DNA of 64,000 nt from a virus (taxonomy: Duplodnaviria; Caudoviricetes), in IMG/VR virus record IMGVR_UViG_3300032312_001422, positions 96,001 to 160,000 of that record; one strand, given 5' to 3'. Under the pieces are notes generated by a model. The model was not told where the DNA came from, did no database searches, and worked only from the letters and a program-made list of their open reading frames with translations. This document shows, in pieces, positions 19,365 through 28,607 of this stretch; within the stretch, counting starts at the first letter, position 1; every line of letters begins with the position of its first letter. Made by a program: the position numbers and the translations under genes.

Positions 19365-19991
19365 ATGTCTTTCAAATTTGATTTTACTCAACAACATCTA
19401 TCACAACTATTACCAGGTAACCCACATGTGGAACACTGGTACGAAGCGTTATCTCAACTGTTACCTGACTATGAAATTGACACTCCACAGCGAGTGGCAG
19501 CATTTATTGCTCAGTGTGCTCACGAGTCAGGTGGTTTTAGAATGCTTAAAGAAAATTTAAATTATCGTGCTGTGACCCTACGCAAGATATTTCCCAAGTA
19601 TTTCCCCACAGACGAACTGGCTGCCCAGTATGCTGGCAAACCAGAACTGATTGCCAACAAGGTCTATGGTAGCCGTATGGGCAATGGCGACGAAGCTAGT
19701 GGAGATGGATTCCGTTACTGCGGCCGCGGTCTTATTCAATTGACTGGCAAGAACAACTACACAGCCTTTGCTGAAAGTATTGAAACACCAGTGGAAGAAA
19801 TTCCTGAATTTTTAGGCACCTTTGAAGGCGCTGTACAATCAGCATGCTGGTTCTGGGAGAGCAACAATCTCAACCAGTGGGCCGACAAGGGCGATATCCT
19901 TACACTAACCAAACGCATCAACGGTGGCACCATTGGCCTAGATGATCGTATCAAACACTACGAACATGCCCTGCATGTGTTAGAAGTATAG
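19365..19991 (+). CDS. Glycoside hydrolase family 19 endolysin
   Basis: AAFIAQCAHESGGF..LKENLNY, DGFRYCGRGLIQLTGKNNY, SACWFW, TKRINGGTIGLDDR. Confidence 0.92.
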   Translation: MSFKFDFTQQHLSQLLPGNPHVEHWYEALSQLLPDYEIDTPQRVAAFIAQCAHESGGFRMLKENLNYRAVTLRKIFPKYFPTDELAAQYAGKPELIANKVYGSRMGNGDEASGDGFRYCGRGLIQLTGKNNYTAFAESIETPVEEIPEFLGTFEGAVQSACWFWESNNLNQWADKGDILTLTKRINGGTIGLDDRIKHYEHALHVLEV

Positions 19992-19992
19992 C

Positions 19993-20457
19993 ATGTGGCA
20001 ATTTGCTGCAATGTGGGCAATGTTGCCAGCAGGACTAACTCACTGGATCGTTAATCTAATGTTGTTGGCAGGTGCAGTTGGCCTAGCCGCCAGTTGGGTC
20101 GGCCGTTGGATTCCATTTTTTGATGCTTATGCTAGATTATTAAAACCAATTGGTATTGTGTTGTTGCTCGTCGGTGTTTATTTTAAAGGTGGAGAGGCCA
20201 CCAACAATGCATGGCGTGATCGAATTGCTGACCTAGAAGCAAAAATTGCTGTGTCTGAAGCCAAGAGCAAAGATGCCAACGCCAAGTTATCCACAGCAGT
20301 TAAAGAAAAAAATGCGGCCATACAAGAAAGCAAGGCTGTGGTGCAAACCAAGCTAAAGCAGAACGCAGTCAAGATTGATGCTGAATGTCAATTGGATCCC
20401 GCAGCAGTTGAAATCTTAAACGAGTCAGCACGTGATGTTCGAAAGGTCAATAAATGA
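19993..20457 (+). CDS. Inner-membrane spanin (Rz-like)
   Basis: N-terminal TM segments then periplasmic coiled coil ending C.LDPAAVEILN; between endolysin and a lipoprotein. Confidence 0.7.
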   Translation: MWQFAAMWAMLPAGLTHWIVNLMLLAGAVGLAASWVGRWIPFFDAYARLLKPIGIVLLLVGVYFKGGEATNNAWRDRIADLEAKIAVSEAKSKDANAKLSTAVKEKNAAIQESKAVVQTKLKQNAVKIDAECQLDPAAVEILNESARDVRKVNK

Positions 20458-20720
20458 AACTGTTGTTGACCATTATTCCCGTTGTGTTATTGACAGGTTG
20501 TTTGAATACTCCTGTTGCTAGACACTTTCCCGAAGTTCCCAAAGAATTAACAACAGCTTGTCCTAGCTTAGAACAAGTTGATCCTGCTACAACAAAACTA
20601 AGCGAAGTTGTTCGTGTAGTTACAGACAACTACACACAATATCATGAATGCCGAGTCAAGATAGATGCTTGGATTGAGTGGTATCAAACTCAACGAGCAA
20701 TTTTTGATTCAGTGAAATAA
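20454..20720 (+). CDS. Outer-membrane lipoprotein spanin (Rz1-like)
   Basis: Signal peptide with lipobox LTGC; FPEVP..L...CP.L; NY..YHEC. Confidence 0.75.
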   Translation: MKLLLTIIPVVLLTGCLNTPVARHFPEVPKELTTACPSLEQVDPATTKLSEVVRVVTDNYTQYHECRVKIDAWIEWYQTQRAIFDSVK

Positions 20721-20729
20721 GGAAACAAT

Positions 20730-21707
20730 ATGCCCATATTTGTATGGAACGGCCAAGAACTTACTGACAAATGGAATTGGGTTGAAGTCGACGGAAAACT
20801 TATAACGGCCCCTGTAAATGATTATAGAGGAACAATATTAGAGGAAGAAATTGTGAATCAAGAAACTATATTAAACTATTACGAAACACTGAGCATTACA
20901 GATCGTGCGGGATTGATCACAGCACTAAGAGCAGAAGAAATAGCTGTCCTGGCACGTGAACGAGCAGAACGTAAAGCACGTAGTCTAGCACTAGGTGTAC
21001 ACACTGGCAAGACCATAGAAGAATATAGCACTAGTGCTTGGCAGATCAAAGAAGACTATCCAGATTCAGAAGATGGCTTGTATTGGATACAGAATGATGC
21101 TATTAACAACAGCGATCCGTTTCAAGTCTATTGTGACATGACCACACTAGGTGGTGGTTGGACATTGATTGTACAAAATTCTATTAGTAACTGGACAGAA
21201 GAACAAGTGTTTAGTCGCAACGCTACCACTTGCCCTACTCAACTGGCCGCATACAACAATCGTTCAGTTGAACAAAACTACAGTATCTTAAGTTGGGCTG
21301 ACAAGATCAAACGAGCAGACTCAGGATTTGATTTTATGATCACTGCTCGTGAACACGCTTCACTAGGTGGTGCATGGACTGCCAACGAAGCATACTCATT
21401 TACTCAAACTAACGAAAGTGCTGACATGGGTGATGAGCAGTTGGGCACACCAGGCTGGCGCAAAAACATTACAGAACTAGCACGTTTTGGCTACAATGGC
21501 AACACGTGGGATTATCATTACGATGCCATGGAAGCACGTATGCCTTGGGTGGGTATTGGTATCAATCATGGTTGGTTGACCACAGATGGATTCCGTGGCG
21601 GTTGGTGGGGAACATTGATCACTCAAGGCGGTTGGGAACCAGCACCGTGGTTGGCCACAATACAAGATGGTGGTCATCCAGGTGTTATTTGGTATTGGGT
21701 AAGATAA
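20730..21707 (+). CDS. Protein with fibrinogen-related (FReD-like) domain
   Basis: SAWQIK..YP..EDGLYWI...PFQVYCDMTTLGGGWTLIVQN. Confidence 0.65.
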   Translation: MPIFVWNGQELTDKWNWVEVDGKLITAPVNDYRGTILEEEIVNQETILNYYETLSITDRAGLITALRAEEIAVLARERAERKARSLALGVHTGKTIEEYSTSAWQIKEDYPDSEDGLYWIQNDAINNSDPFQVYCDMTTLGGGWTLIVQNSISNWTEEQVFSRNATTCPTQLAAYNNRSVEQNYSILSWADKIKRADSGFDFMITAREHASLGGAWTANEAYSFTQTNESADMGDEQLGTPGWRKNITELARFGYNGNTWDYHYDAMEARMPWVGIGINHGWLTTDGFRGGWWGTLITQGGWEPAPWLATIQDGGHPGVIWYWVR

Positions 21708-21716
21708 GGGGAAATT

Positions 21717-22118
21717 ATGAAACGTATACTCATTGCTTTAAGTGTATTAGCATTAAACGGTTGTGCGTTGTACGACGCTTACATGATGACTGGATTTGAT
21801 CCCAATGAATATCGTATTATTGCTGAGATTCGTACAGACTCTTACAACTACAAGCAACAATGCAATAATCAACTGATGTCGGAAACCAACGCTGTTTTGA
21901 TTGCAGACAAAACTCAACTGTTTGAATTTTACGAAGAACAGATACCTCGCAATAAGAACGGCATCAATGCCAGTAAAGAACTAAACAAAATAGCACAAGG
22001 ACTTCGAGTTGCATATACAAAAGGCTCAGTAAGTCCTATGTTTTGTAAATTGAAATTTGAAAGCATTGAAAATAGTGCCAAAACAATACAACATGTGATA
22101 GGGAATAGACCAAGATGA
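21717..22118 (+). CDS. Predicted lipoprotein
   Basis: MKRILIALSVLALNGC lipobox. Confidence 0.75.
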   Translation: MKRILIALSVLALNGCALYDAYMMTGFDPNEYRIIAEIRTDSYNYKQQCNNQLMSETNAVLIADKTQLFEFYEEQIPRNKNGINASKELNKIAQGLRVAYTKGSVSPMFCKLKFESIENSAKTIQHVIGNRPR

Positions 22119-22372
22119 CATTAGATAATATACAAACAAATTTGGCAGAAATTGTCAACTCAGGAGATCCAGTATTTGCTGAATTTGCCAACAACATCAA
22201 TAGCGTTGTTGAGCAGGCCAAAGCTGGTCAAATGACCAACGAAGAAGTGGCAGAAATCATGGCTGATGCACAACGTCAATTGGCTATATTACAAGACATG
22301 ACGGATCTTGCATTTAAGGAAAAACTAAATGTGCTGATTACTGGGCTGATAACAATAGCACGGACAGTATAA
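22115..22372 (+). CDS. Hypothetical helical protein
   Basis: ATGA-coupled to the lipoprotein gene. Confidence 0.65.
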   Translation: MTLDNIQTNLAEIVNSGDPVFAEFANNINSVVEQAKAGQMTNEEVAEIMADAQRQLAILQDMTDLAFKEKLNVLITGLITIARTV

Positions 22373-22375
22373 ATA
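22368..22375 (+). promoter_or_regulatory. Full T4 late promoter consensus TATAAATA
   Basis: Exact consensus upstream of AAGGAG and the holin-like ATG 22413. Confidence 0.7.
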
Positions 22376-22412
22376 TTATAATAAGAACACAAATGTTCAA
22401 CAAGGAGCTAGT

Positions 22413-22871
22413 ATGTCAACAGAAGTCAAAAGCGAAAGTGCAAAGAAAAACGAAGATTGGATGAATTCAAAGTGGCGCCCAATGATGGGCTGGTCGTACA
22501 TGTTGACCTGTATAGCAGACTTTGTAGCATTTCCAATATTATGGAGCCTGGTACAAGTAATTGGCGGTGGCCGTGTTGAAACACAGTGGCAACCAATCAC
22601 TTTACAAGGCGCTGGATTGTATCACATTGCCATGGGTGCTGTGTTGGGTATTGCTGCGTACGGTCGCACACAAGAGAAATTGGGCGACAAGGCGGGTGCA
22701 ACAATGCCAGTACCAAGTACACCGGCACCAAGTTTTAGTAGCCCAAGTCCAGCACCAACACCAAGTTTTAGTAGCCCAAGTCCAACACCAAGTTTTGGTA
22801 GCAGCGGTAGTTTTAGTACCACAGCAAGTGGTAAAAAAATTGTACCGCAAGACGATCAACCTATGCTATAA
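22413..22871 (+). CDS. Holin-like membrane protein (GTA-type 3TM holin family-like) with Pro/Ser-rich tail
   Basis: KWRPMMGWSYM...GAGLYHIAMGAVLGIAAYGRTQEK; lysis context. Confidence 0.6.
   Translation: MSTEVKSESAKKNEDWMNSKWRPMMGWSYMLTCIADFVAFPILWSLVQVIGGGRVETQWQPITLQGAGLYHIAMGAVLGIAAYGRTQEKLGDKAGATMPVPSTPAPSFSSPSPAPTPSFSSPSPTPSFGSSGSFSTTASGKKIVPQDDQPML
22726..22802 (+). repeat. Coding direct repeats (PSFSSPSP units)
   Basis: caccaagttttagtagcccaagtcca at 22726-22751 and 22759-22784; partial third copy from 22786. Confidence 0.85.
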
Positions 22872-22892
22872 TCATTCAATAAAGGAAATCAA

Positions 22893-23150
22893 ATGAAAAA
22901 ACTATTATGTATTCTAATTGCAACAGCCTTTGCTATGCCAGCAATGGCGGAAGCTCCAAAAACCAAAGAAGTTTGCACAGATGTGGTAGGCAAAGACAAC
23001 AAACCTGTCAAAAACAAAGATGGTTCTGTCAAGCAATCTTGCAAAACAATCAAAGTACACAAAAAAGCTGAAGGAACCAAAATTCCTGACGCACCAGCTG
23101 ATAAAAAACAGGCTAAAAAAGTAGAAAAAAAAGAAACAACTAACAAATAA
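22893..23150 (+). CDS. Secreted/periplasmic Lys-rich small protein
   Basis: Signal peptide MKKLLCILIATAFAMPAMA; two cysteines (EVC...QSC). Confidence 0.7.
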   Translation: MKKLLCILIATAFAMPAMAEAPKTKEVCTDVVGKDNKPVKNKDGSVKQSCKTIKVHKKAEGTKIPDAPADKKQAKKVEKKETTNK

Positions 23151-23168
23151 TTTTTTATTATTTCGAAG

Positions 23169-23196
23169 GCCGGTAAGTTGACTCTGCCGGCTTTTT
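23169..23196 (+). terminator. Rho-independent terminator after the lysis cassette
   Basis: GCCGGTAAG-TTGA-CT(C)TGCCGGC stem followed by TTTTT. Confidence 0.75.
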
Positions 23197-23206
23197 CATT
23201 TATAAT
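23178..23206 (+). promoter_or_regulatory. Sigma70-like promoter TTGACT-N17-TATAAT overlapping the terminator
   Basis: -35 in the terminator loop, -10 at 23201-23206, ATG 23213 at predicted +1. Confidence 0.7.
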
Positions 23207-23212
23207 ACTACA

Positions 23213-24046
23213 ATGACCTATTACGAACTACTAGGGGTTACCGAAAAAGCCACCGCAGAAGAAATCAAACGTGCTTACCGCAAGATGGCCAGTCAACACC
23301 ATCCCGACAAAGGTGGAGATAAAAACAAGTTCCAAGAAATAGAACAAGCATATCGTACACTGAGCGACAACAATCAACGTCAACAATATGATATGCAACG
23401 CAGTGGCAATGGTGCTAATCAGTGGCACTTTTCTTCTGCCGGTATGAACCATCCGGACATTGATGCCATATTCAAACAGTTTGGATTTGGTGATCCGTTT
23501 GGTGGATTTAGGCAACAGCAACGTCGCAACCGAGATCTGCGTATAGAAATTCCTGTGCCATTGGTTGCCACATTGGAACCACAAACCAAGACCATCAGTG
23601 TTGCCACATCCAATGGTGAAAGAAGCACAGTAGAAGTAAACATACCAAGAGGTGTAACCAACGGCACCACGATCAAATACACCGGGCTGGGAGATAACCT
23701 ATTTAATACCATTCCGCGTGGCGACCTTTATGTCCAATTTAACGTACACCCAGCAGAAAACTTTATTGTCAATAATGTTGACTTATACACCCCAGTTAGT
23801 GTAAACTGTTTGCTAGCAATAACAGGCGGACAGGTACGAGTAACCGGATTAGATGGTCGAGAATTTGAATTAACTGTACCAGCTGGTACACAACCAAACA
23901 CAAGATTTAGAATACACAATCAAGGCCTATACCAAATGAATACCGAACTAAGAGGTCACCTTTATGCCGAAGTTGTAATAACTGTGCCGCAAGATTTATC
24001 TGAACAACAGCTAGAAATTATACGCAATTTACTCAACCCTCAATAA
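23213..24046 (+). CDS. dnaJ: DnaJ-class co-chaperone (CbpA-like, no zinc finger)
   Basis: YYELLGV...EIKRAYRKMASQHHPDK J-domain; C-terminal GDLYVQFNV...G.G substrate-binding domain. Confidence 0.9.
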   Translation: MTYYELLGVTEKATAEEIKRAYRKMASQHHPDKGGDKNKFQEIEQAYRTLSDNNQRQQYDMQRSGNGANQWHFSSAGMNHPDIDAIFKQFGFGDPFGGFRQQQRRNRDLRIEIPVPLVATLEPQTKTISVATSNGERSTVEVNIPRGVTNGTTIKYTGLGDNLFNTIPRGDLYVQFNVHPAENFIVNNVDLYTPVSVNCLLAITGGQVRVTGLDGREFELTVPAGTQPNTRFRIHNQGLYQMNTELRGHLYAEVVITVPQDLSEQQLEIIRNLLNPQ

Positions 24047-24054
24047 ATATTTTT

Positions 24055-26346
24055 ATGATCCAACACAATCCAGAAATTGAAATCGTTATTGCCAACGCAA
24101 CCGATACAGCAAAAAGATACAATCACGAATATGTAACCCTAGAACACTTGGCACATGGTTTGGTCAGTTTTAAACCATTTAACGATCTACTGGTTGCCTA
24201 TGGTGCTGATGTTGATTCTTTATTGAATGATCTTGAAGAATATCTCGGCAAACAAACATACATTGGCAACGAGTCAGAAACTGTCAAAGATCCCAAAAAG
24301 ACACACAGCCTTGAGCGTGTGTTCAATCGTGCATTTACACAGGTCCTGTTTAGTGGGCGTAATCATGTGCAGATCATTGATATCTTTTTGAGCATTTCAT
24401 CAGAATCAAACAGCCATGCCAGTTACTTCTTTATCAAGTACGGAATGGATCGAGGACACATGGTGGACTTCTATAACGAAAACTATGTGGAGACCAAAGG
24501 ACGTCGTGTAAGCCCCAATGTTCGGTCGGATGAAATTCTCAAAGAATACTGTGAAAACTTGAACGTGGCTGCCAAAGAAGGCAAGATTGATCCTGTGGTG
24601 GGACGTGAGTTTGAACTGGAAGAAATTGCACAAGTACTTGCCAAGCGTAACAAATCAAATGTGTTAATGGTTGGCGATGCAGGTGTGGGTAAAACTGCCA
24701 TTGCTGAAGGACTAGCACGTAACATCAATGATGGTTTTGTGCCTGAGTACTTGCGTGACTATGTGGTCTACAACTTAGACATTGCCAGTTTGCTAGCAGG
24801 GTCCAAGTACCGCGGCGAGTTTGAAGAAAAGTTCAAAGACGTTATTGGCGCACTACAGGCCAAGGGCAAGTGTATCTTGTTCATTGACGAAGCACATCAA
24901 ATGCGTGGTGCTGGATCAGGCAGTAACAGCTCAGTGGACTTTGCCAACATGATCAAACCGGCCTTGAGCAAAGGTCAACTAAAAGTTATTGCCTCAACAA
25001 CCTGGGAAGAATACACACAGAGCTTTGAAAAAGATCGTGCTCTGATGCGTCGTTTCTGCAGAATGACCATTGAAGAACCCACTATCCCAGTGGCTAAAGA
25101 AATCTTGCGTGGCCTGCGTGAATACTTTGAAAAGTTCCACGGTGGTAGTATCAGTGACGAAGCCATTGATGCCGCAGTAGAACTAAGTGTACGCTATCAA
25201 CCAGATAAAAAGCTACCAGACAAAGCCATTGACCTGATTGATACTGCTGCTGCTAGATTAAAAATCAATGCGTTGAGCTGGACTGTGCGTAAAAATCACA
25301 TTGTGGACATTATCAGTAAGTTTACAAAAATTCCTGCAGAACAGATTGGTAGCGAAAGCACCAAGACTCTGGTAGACCTAGAACAAACAGTCAAATCCAA
25401 ACTGTACGGACAGGATCAAGTGGTTGAAACTGTGCTAGAAAAGATCTATGTTGCCCGTGCCGGACTCAAAGCAATGAACAAGCCCATTGGTAACTTCTTG
25501 TTTTTAGGACCAACAGGTACAGGCAAGACAGAACTTGCCAAACTGTTGGCCGAAGGCATGGGAATGAAACTGCTACGCTACGATATGAGTGAGTATCAAG
25601 AGAAACATGCACTGGCCAAGTTAATTGGTGCTCCTCCAGGCTATGTGGGCTACGATGATAGCAATCTAGGCGGCGGTATGTTGATCAGCGATATTGAAAA
25701 AAATCCCAACTGTATTATCTTGTTTGATGAAGTAGAAAAAGCTCACCCAGATGTGACCAATATTTTGCTACAGTTGATGGACGAAGGTACTATTACTTCA
25801 AGCAATGGTAAGAAAGCAGATGCCCGCAACGCTATTGTTATTCTTACCAGCAACTTGGGTGCCGCAGACAATGAAAAGAACAACATTGGCTTTGGACGTG
25901 AATTACAAAAGTCTACCGAAGATGACAAGGCAGTCAAAGATTTTTTTAAACCCGAATTCCGTAATCGTTTAGATGGTATTTGCAAGTTTAATAAATTAGA
26001 CACAGTGAGTATCAAGAAGATTGTGGCCAAGTTTATCAACGAAGTCAATGAGTTGTTGAGTGAGAAAAGTATCAAAATACGCCTTACAGAAACAGCAGTA
26101 GAGCACTTGGTTGAAGTTGGCTACGACAGCAAAATGGGTGCTAGACCCTTGGGACGTAAGATTAGTGACTTGATCAAAGTGCCCTTGAGTAAAAAGATCT
26201 TGTTTGAAAACATTCCGGCCAATACTGTGATTGAAGTAGATTGGACTGAAGAAAAATTTGAATTTACAGCAGTAGACACGTTTACAGCAAACGTACCAAC
26301 AGTGGACAAAGATGGATACATCATTCTGGATTCAGTGCAATCCTAA
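24055..26346 (+). CDS. clpA: ATP-dependent Clp protease ATP-binding subunit, ClpA-like
   Basis: HEYVTLEHL N-domain; DPVVGREFE; Walker A GDAGVGKT and GPTGTGKT; LIGAPPGYVGY; FDEVEKAHPDV; IGF loop; PEFRNRLD; MGARPL; no ClpB M-domain. Confidence 0.9.
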   Translation: MIQHNPEIEIVIANATDTAKRYNHEYVTLEHLAHGLVSFKPFNDLLVAYGADVDSLLNDLEEYLGKQTYIGNESETVKDPKKTHSLERVFNRAFTQVLFSGRNHVQIIDIFLSISSESNSHASYFFIKYGMDRGHMVDFYNENYVETKGRRVSPNVRSDEILKEYCENLNVAAKEGKIDPVVGREFELEEIAQVLAKRNKSNVLMVGDAGVGKTAIAEGLARNINDGFVPEYLRDYVVYNLDIASLLAGSKYRGEFEEKFKDVIGALQAKGKCILFIDEAHQMRGAGSGSNSSVDFANMIKPALSKGQLKVIASTTWEEYTQSFEKDRALMRRFCRMTIEEPTIPVAKEILRGLREYFEKFHGGSISDEAIDAAVELSVRYQPDKKLPDKAIDLIDTAAARLKINALSWTVRKNHIVDIISKFTKIPAEQIGSESTKTLVDLEQTVKSKLYGQDQVVETVLEKIYVARAGLKAMNKPIGNFLFLGPTGTGKTELAKLLAEGMGMKLLRYDMSEYQEKHALAKLIGAPPGYVGYDDSNLGGGMLISDIEKNPNCIILFDEVEKAHPDVTNILLQLMDEGTITSSNGKKADARNAIVILTSNLGAADNEKNNIGFGRELQKSTEDDKAVKDFFKPEFRNRLDGICKFNKLDTVSIKKIVAKFINEVNELLSEKSIKIRLTETAVEHLVEVGYDSKMGARPLGRKISDLIKVPLSKKILFENIPANTVIEVDWTEEKFEFTAVDTFTANVPTVDKDGYIILDSVQS

Positions 26347-27043
26347 AATCACAGTAGATCATACTACCAAAAAGTTTTACGGCAAATTTCTATACAAGTT
26401 AGTTGTATACTGTCCTGCAGGACGCTTGATCGATGCCAAGGGACCAATGGATACAGCACTTGAACATCGTCGAACTGTGGTAAAGAATATCAATCACGGC
26501 GGTTGGTGGGGACGTAGAACCAACACAGACTTAGAAAATGCCGATGTTGAGTTTTTGACCATGCTGAAAGACGTCAGGCATGATCGAGGCATGGGAATAA
26601 AATTACGAGTAGAAGAACCCATGATTCAAGTTTATGCTGATTCTGAATCAGCATTGCAGACGTTTGTCAATACACATTTTTTAGGCAACCAAAAAAATTA
26701 TGTACGATCAATTTCTGGACCAATAGACTCTGCAGCCGAAGCTGTGTTGAATTCTGGTGCTATTATACGCAAAGAAGACAACGGATACCGGTACAAAATA
26801 ATCTTAAAAGATGGCAGATATACTGCTGAAATTAAACAAAATCTACTGGCTTATTTGGAAAATCAAGGACCGGAACAGGTGCAAATATCAAGTAGTGCCA
26901 GAGTTATGTTGTCTAAAAGCACCGGATATGTTTGGAACTTGTATTTTTATTCCAATGATGTCAATACCATCACTTTCCTTAATTTGATAAGCCCGGGCAT
27001 AGTTTCAAATTATCACGAGCTGGTGGTATTGTCTAATAAATAA
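26312..27043 (+). CDS. Hypothetical protein
   Basis: 243-aa ORF overlapping the clpA end. Confidence 0.7.
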   Translation: MDTSFWIQCNPKITVDHTTKKFYGKFLYKLVVYCPAGRLIDAKGPMDTALEHRRTVVKNINHGGWWGRRTNTDLENADVEFLTMLKDVRHDRGMGIKLRVEEPMIQVYADSESALQTFVNTHFLGNQKNYVRSISGPIDSAAEAVLNSGAIIRKEDNGYRYKIILKDGRYTAEIKQNLLAYLENQGPEQVQISSSARVMLSKSTGYVWNLYFYSNDVNTITFLNLISPGIVSNYHELVVLSNK

Positions 27044-27067
27044 TAGCATATTATCAAGGAGCCCGTG

Positions 27068-27232
27068 ATGGCAAAAATGCAAACCGAGACTGTGGTGATT
27101 ACAGTGACCAAATTACTAAAAGATACAGATGCAGAGTCCACTGTTTTAACCGACGATGTGACTGCAAGTTTAGAAGCAGTAGTAACAGAATTGGCAGGTG
27201 CAGGCGCACTTGTTGAAATCCAAAAAGCCTAA
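27068..27232 (+). CDS. Small hypothetical protein (54 aa), not in ORF track
   Basis: TAAATA 27037-27042, AAGGAG, then MAKMQTETVVITVTKLLKDTDAESTVLTDDVTASLEAVVTELAGAGALVEIQKA. Confidence 0.7.
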   Translation: MAKMQTETVVITVTKLLKDTDAESTVLTDDVTASLEAVVTELAGAGALVEIQKA

Positions 27233-27258
27233 TCAATTAACCTAAAGAGAGTATATCA

Positions 27259-28137
27259 ATGAGCGACAAGAAAATTAGTCAAGATGATGCTGTGGCCTTA
27301 ATCAAAGCTGCAGCAGCCAAACAAAAGCAACAACAAGCGGAGCCACAGCAACAGGCCGGCACACCGTTTGATTTTAAAAAGGTACACCTACATATTGGAA
27401 TCCCTTGTTACGGTGGTATGGTAAGTGAGCCAACTATGACTAGTTTCTTGCGGTTTACCTTGCTGGCTGGACAAGCCGGACTAAATTGGAGTCTAGACAC
27501 CATGGTCAATGAGAGCCTGGTAACTCGTGCTAGAAACAACTTGATGGCCAAGATGATGACCAATAACGAAGCCACACATTTTATGTTTATTGATGCCGAT
27601 ATTCGTTTCCAACCAGAATCAATCCTGAGTATGATTGCTTACGATAAAGAAGTTATTGGTGGTTTGTATCCTAAGAAGGCCCTACCTGTAAGTTATGTTA
27701 TCAATTTGAAAAATGAAACCAAAATTCAAGGCGACATCTTTACAGTAGACACAATGGGCACAGGTTTCTTGTTGTTCAAACGTGATGTATACAAAAAGTT
27801 AATTGCTGCACACCCCGAATGCAAGTATGTGGATGACGTGGGTCTAGGCAAGCAGTACGAGCCAATGATGTATTCAATTTTTGATTGCGAAATTGACGAG
27901 CGTGGACACTATCTCAGTGAAGACTGGTTGTTCTGCAGACGCTGGCAAAAAATTGGTGGCGAGATTTGGGCACACAGCAAGGTGTTGTTGAACCACGTGG
28001 GACACTATGAGTATGCCGGAGACCTAGACAAGATTGCTATTGGCAAGCGTGGTAGTATGGGTATCATTGAAGATACACTGGCTCAACAAGGTGCCAAACC
28101 AGAAATCAAACCCATGGAACCAGCTCCCGGCGCCTAA
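27259..28137 (+). CDS. GT-A (family 2-like) glycosyltransferase
   Basis: IGIPCYGG, ESLVTRARN, THFMFIDADI (DxD), YLSEDWLFC. Confidence 0.65.
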   Translation: MSDKKISQDDAVALIKAAAAKQKQQQAEPQQQAGTPFDFKKVHLHIGIPCYGGMVSEPTMTSFLRFTLLAGQAGLNWSLDTMVNESLVTRARNNLMAKMMTNNEATHFMFIDADIRFQPESILSMIAYDKEVIGGLYPKKALPVSYVINLKNETKIQGDIFTVDTMGTGFLLFKRDVYKKLIAAHPECKYVDDVGLGKQYEPMMYSIFDCEIDERGHYLSEDWLFCRRWQKIGGEIWAHSKVLLNHVGHYEYAGDLDKIAIGKRGSMGIIEDTLAQQGAKPEIKPMEPAPGA

Positions 28138-28140
28138 TCA

Positions 28141-28581
28141 ATGACGGAAACTCTACATTTTAAAATTGGTCTTGCTGGCACGTACTGGGCAAAACAACCC
28201 AAGTACAGTATTTTATTCAATGATAAAACATACAATGCAGGTACTATTACAGAGCCCAGTGGGGAAACATTTTATGTGGAGTTTGATGCCGAAGTAGAGG
28301 AAGGTCCTTGTACTTTAAAGATCAGATTAGAAAACAAGGACTGGACTGATACTGTACAAAACGAAGATAAAACAGAGATTGTCAAAGACATGCTGTTGAA
28401 CATTCGTACAGTTGAAATAGATGACATCAACTTGGGCAATTTGATCTATACAAAAACTCAATTTGTTGGGGACGATCCTGCTCGCCCTGTGCTGGACAAA
28501 TGTCAAGATCTAGGCTGGAACGGTGCTTGGATTTTAACATTTGAAAGCCCTTTCTACATTTGGTTGCTTGAAAACATCTAA
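28141..28581 (+). CDS. Hypothetical beta-rich protein
   Basis: 146-aa ORF in operon. Confidence 0.65.
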   Translation: MTETLHFKIGLAGTYWAKQPKYSILFNDKTYNAGTITEPSGETFYVEFDAEVEEGPCTLKIRLENKDWTDTVQNEDKTEIVKDMLLNIRTVEIDDINLGNLIYTKTQFVGDDPARPVLDKCQDLGWNGAWILTFESPFYIWLLENI

Positions 28582-28607
28582 GATAAATATAGTAAGAGGC
28601 CCTTACT

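Noticed and set aside
22726-22802. 26-nt direct repeats as a mini-CRISPR
   Set aside because: Gaps are only 7 and 1 nt and the repeats are in frame, encoding a Pro/Ser linker.
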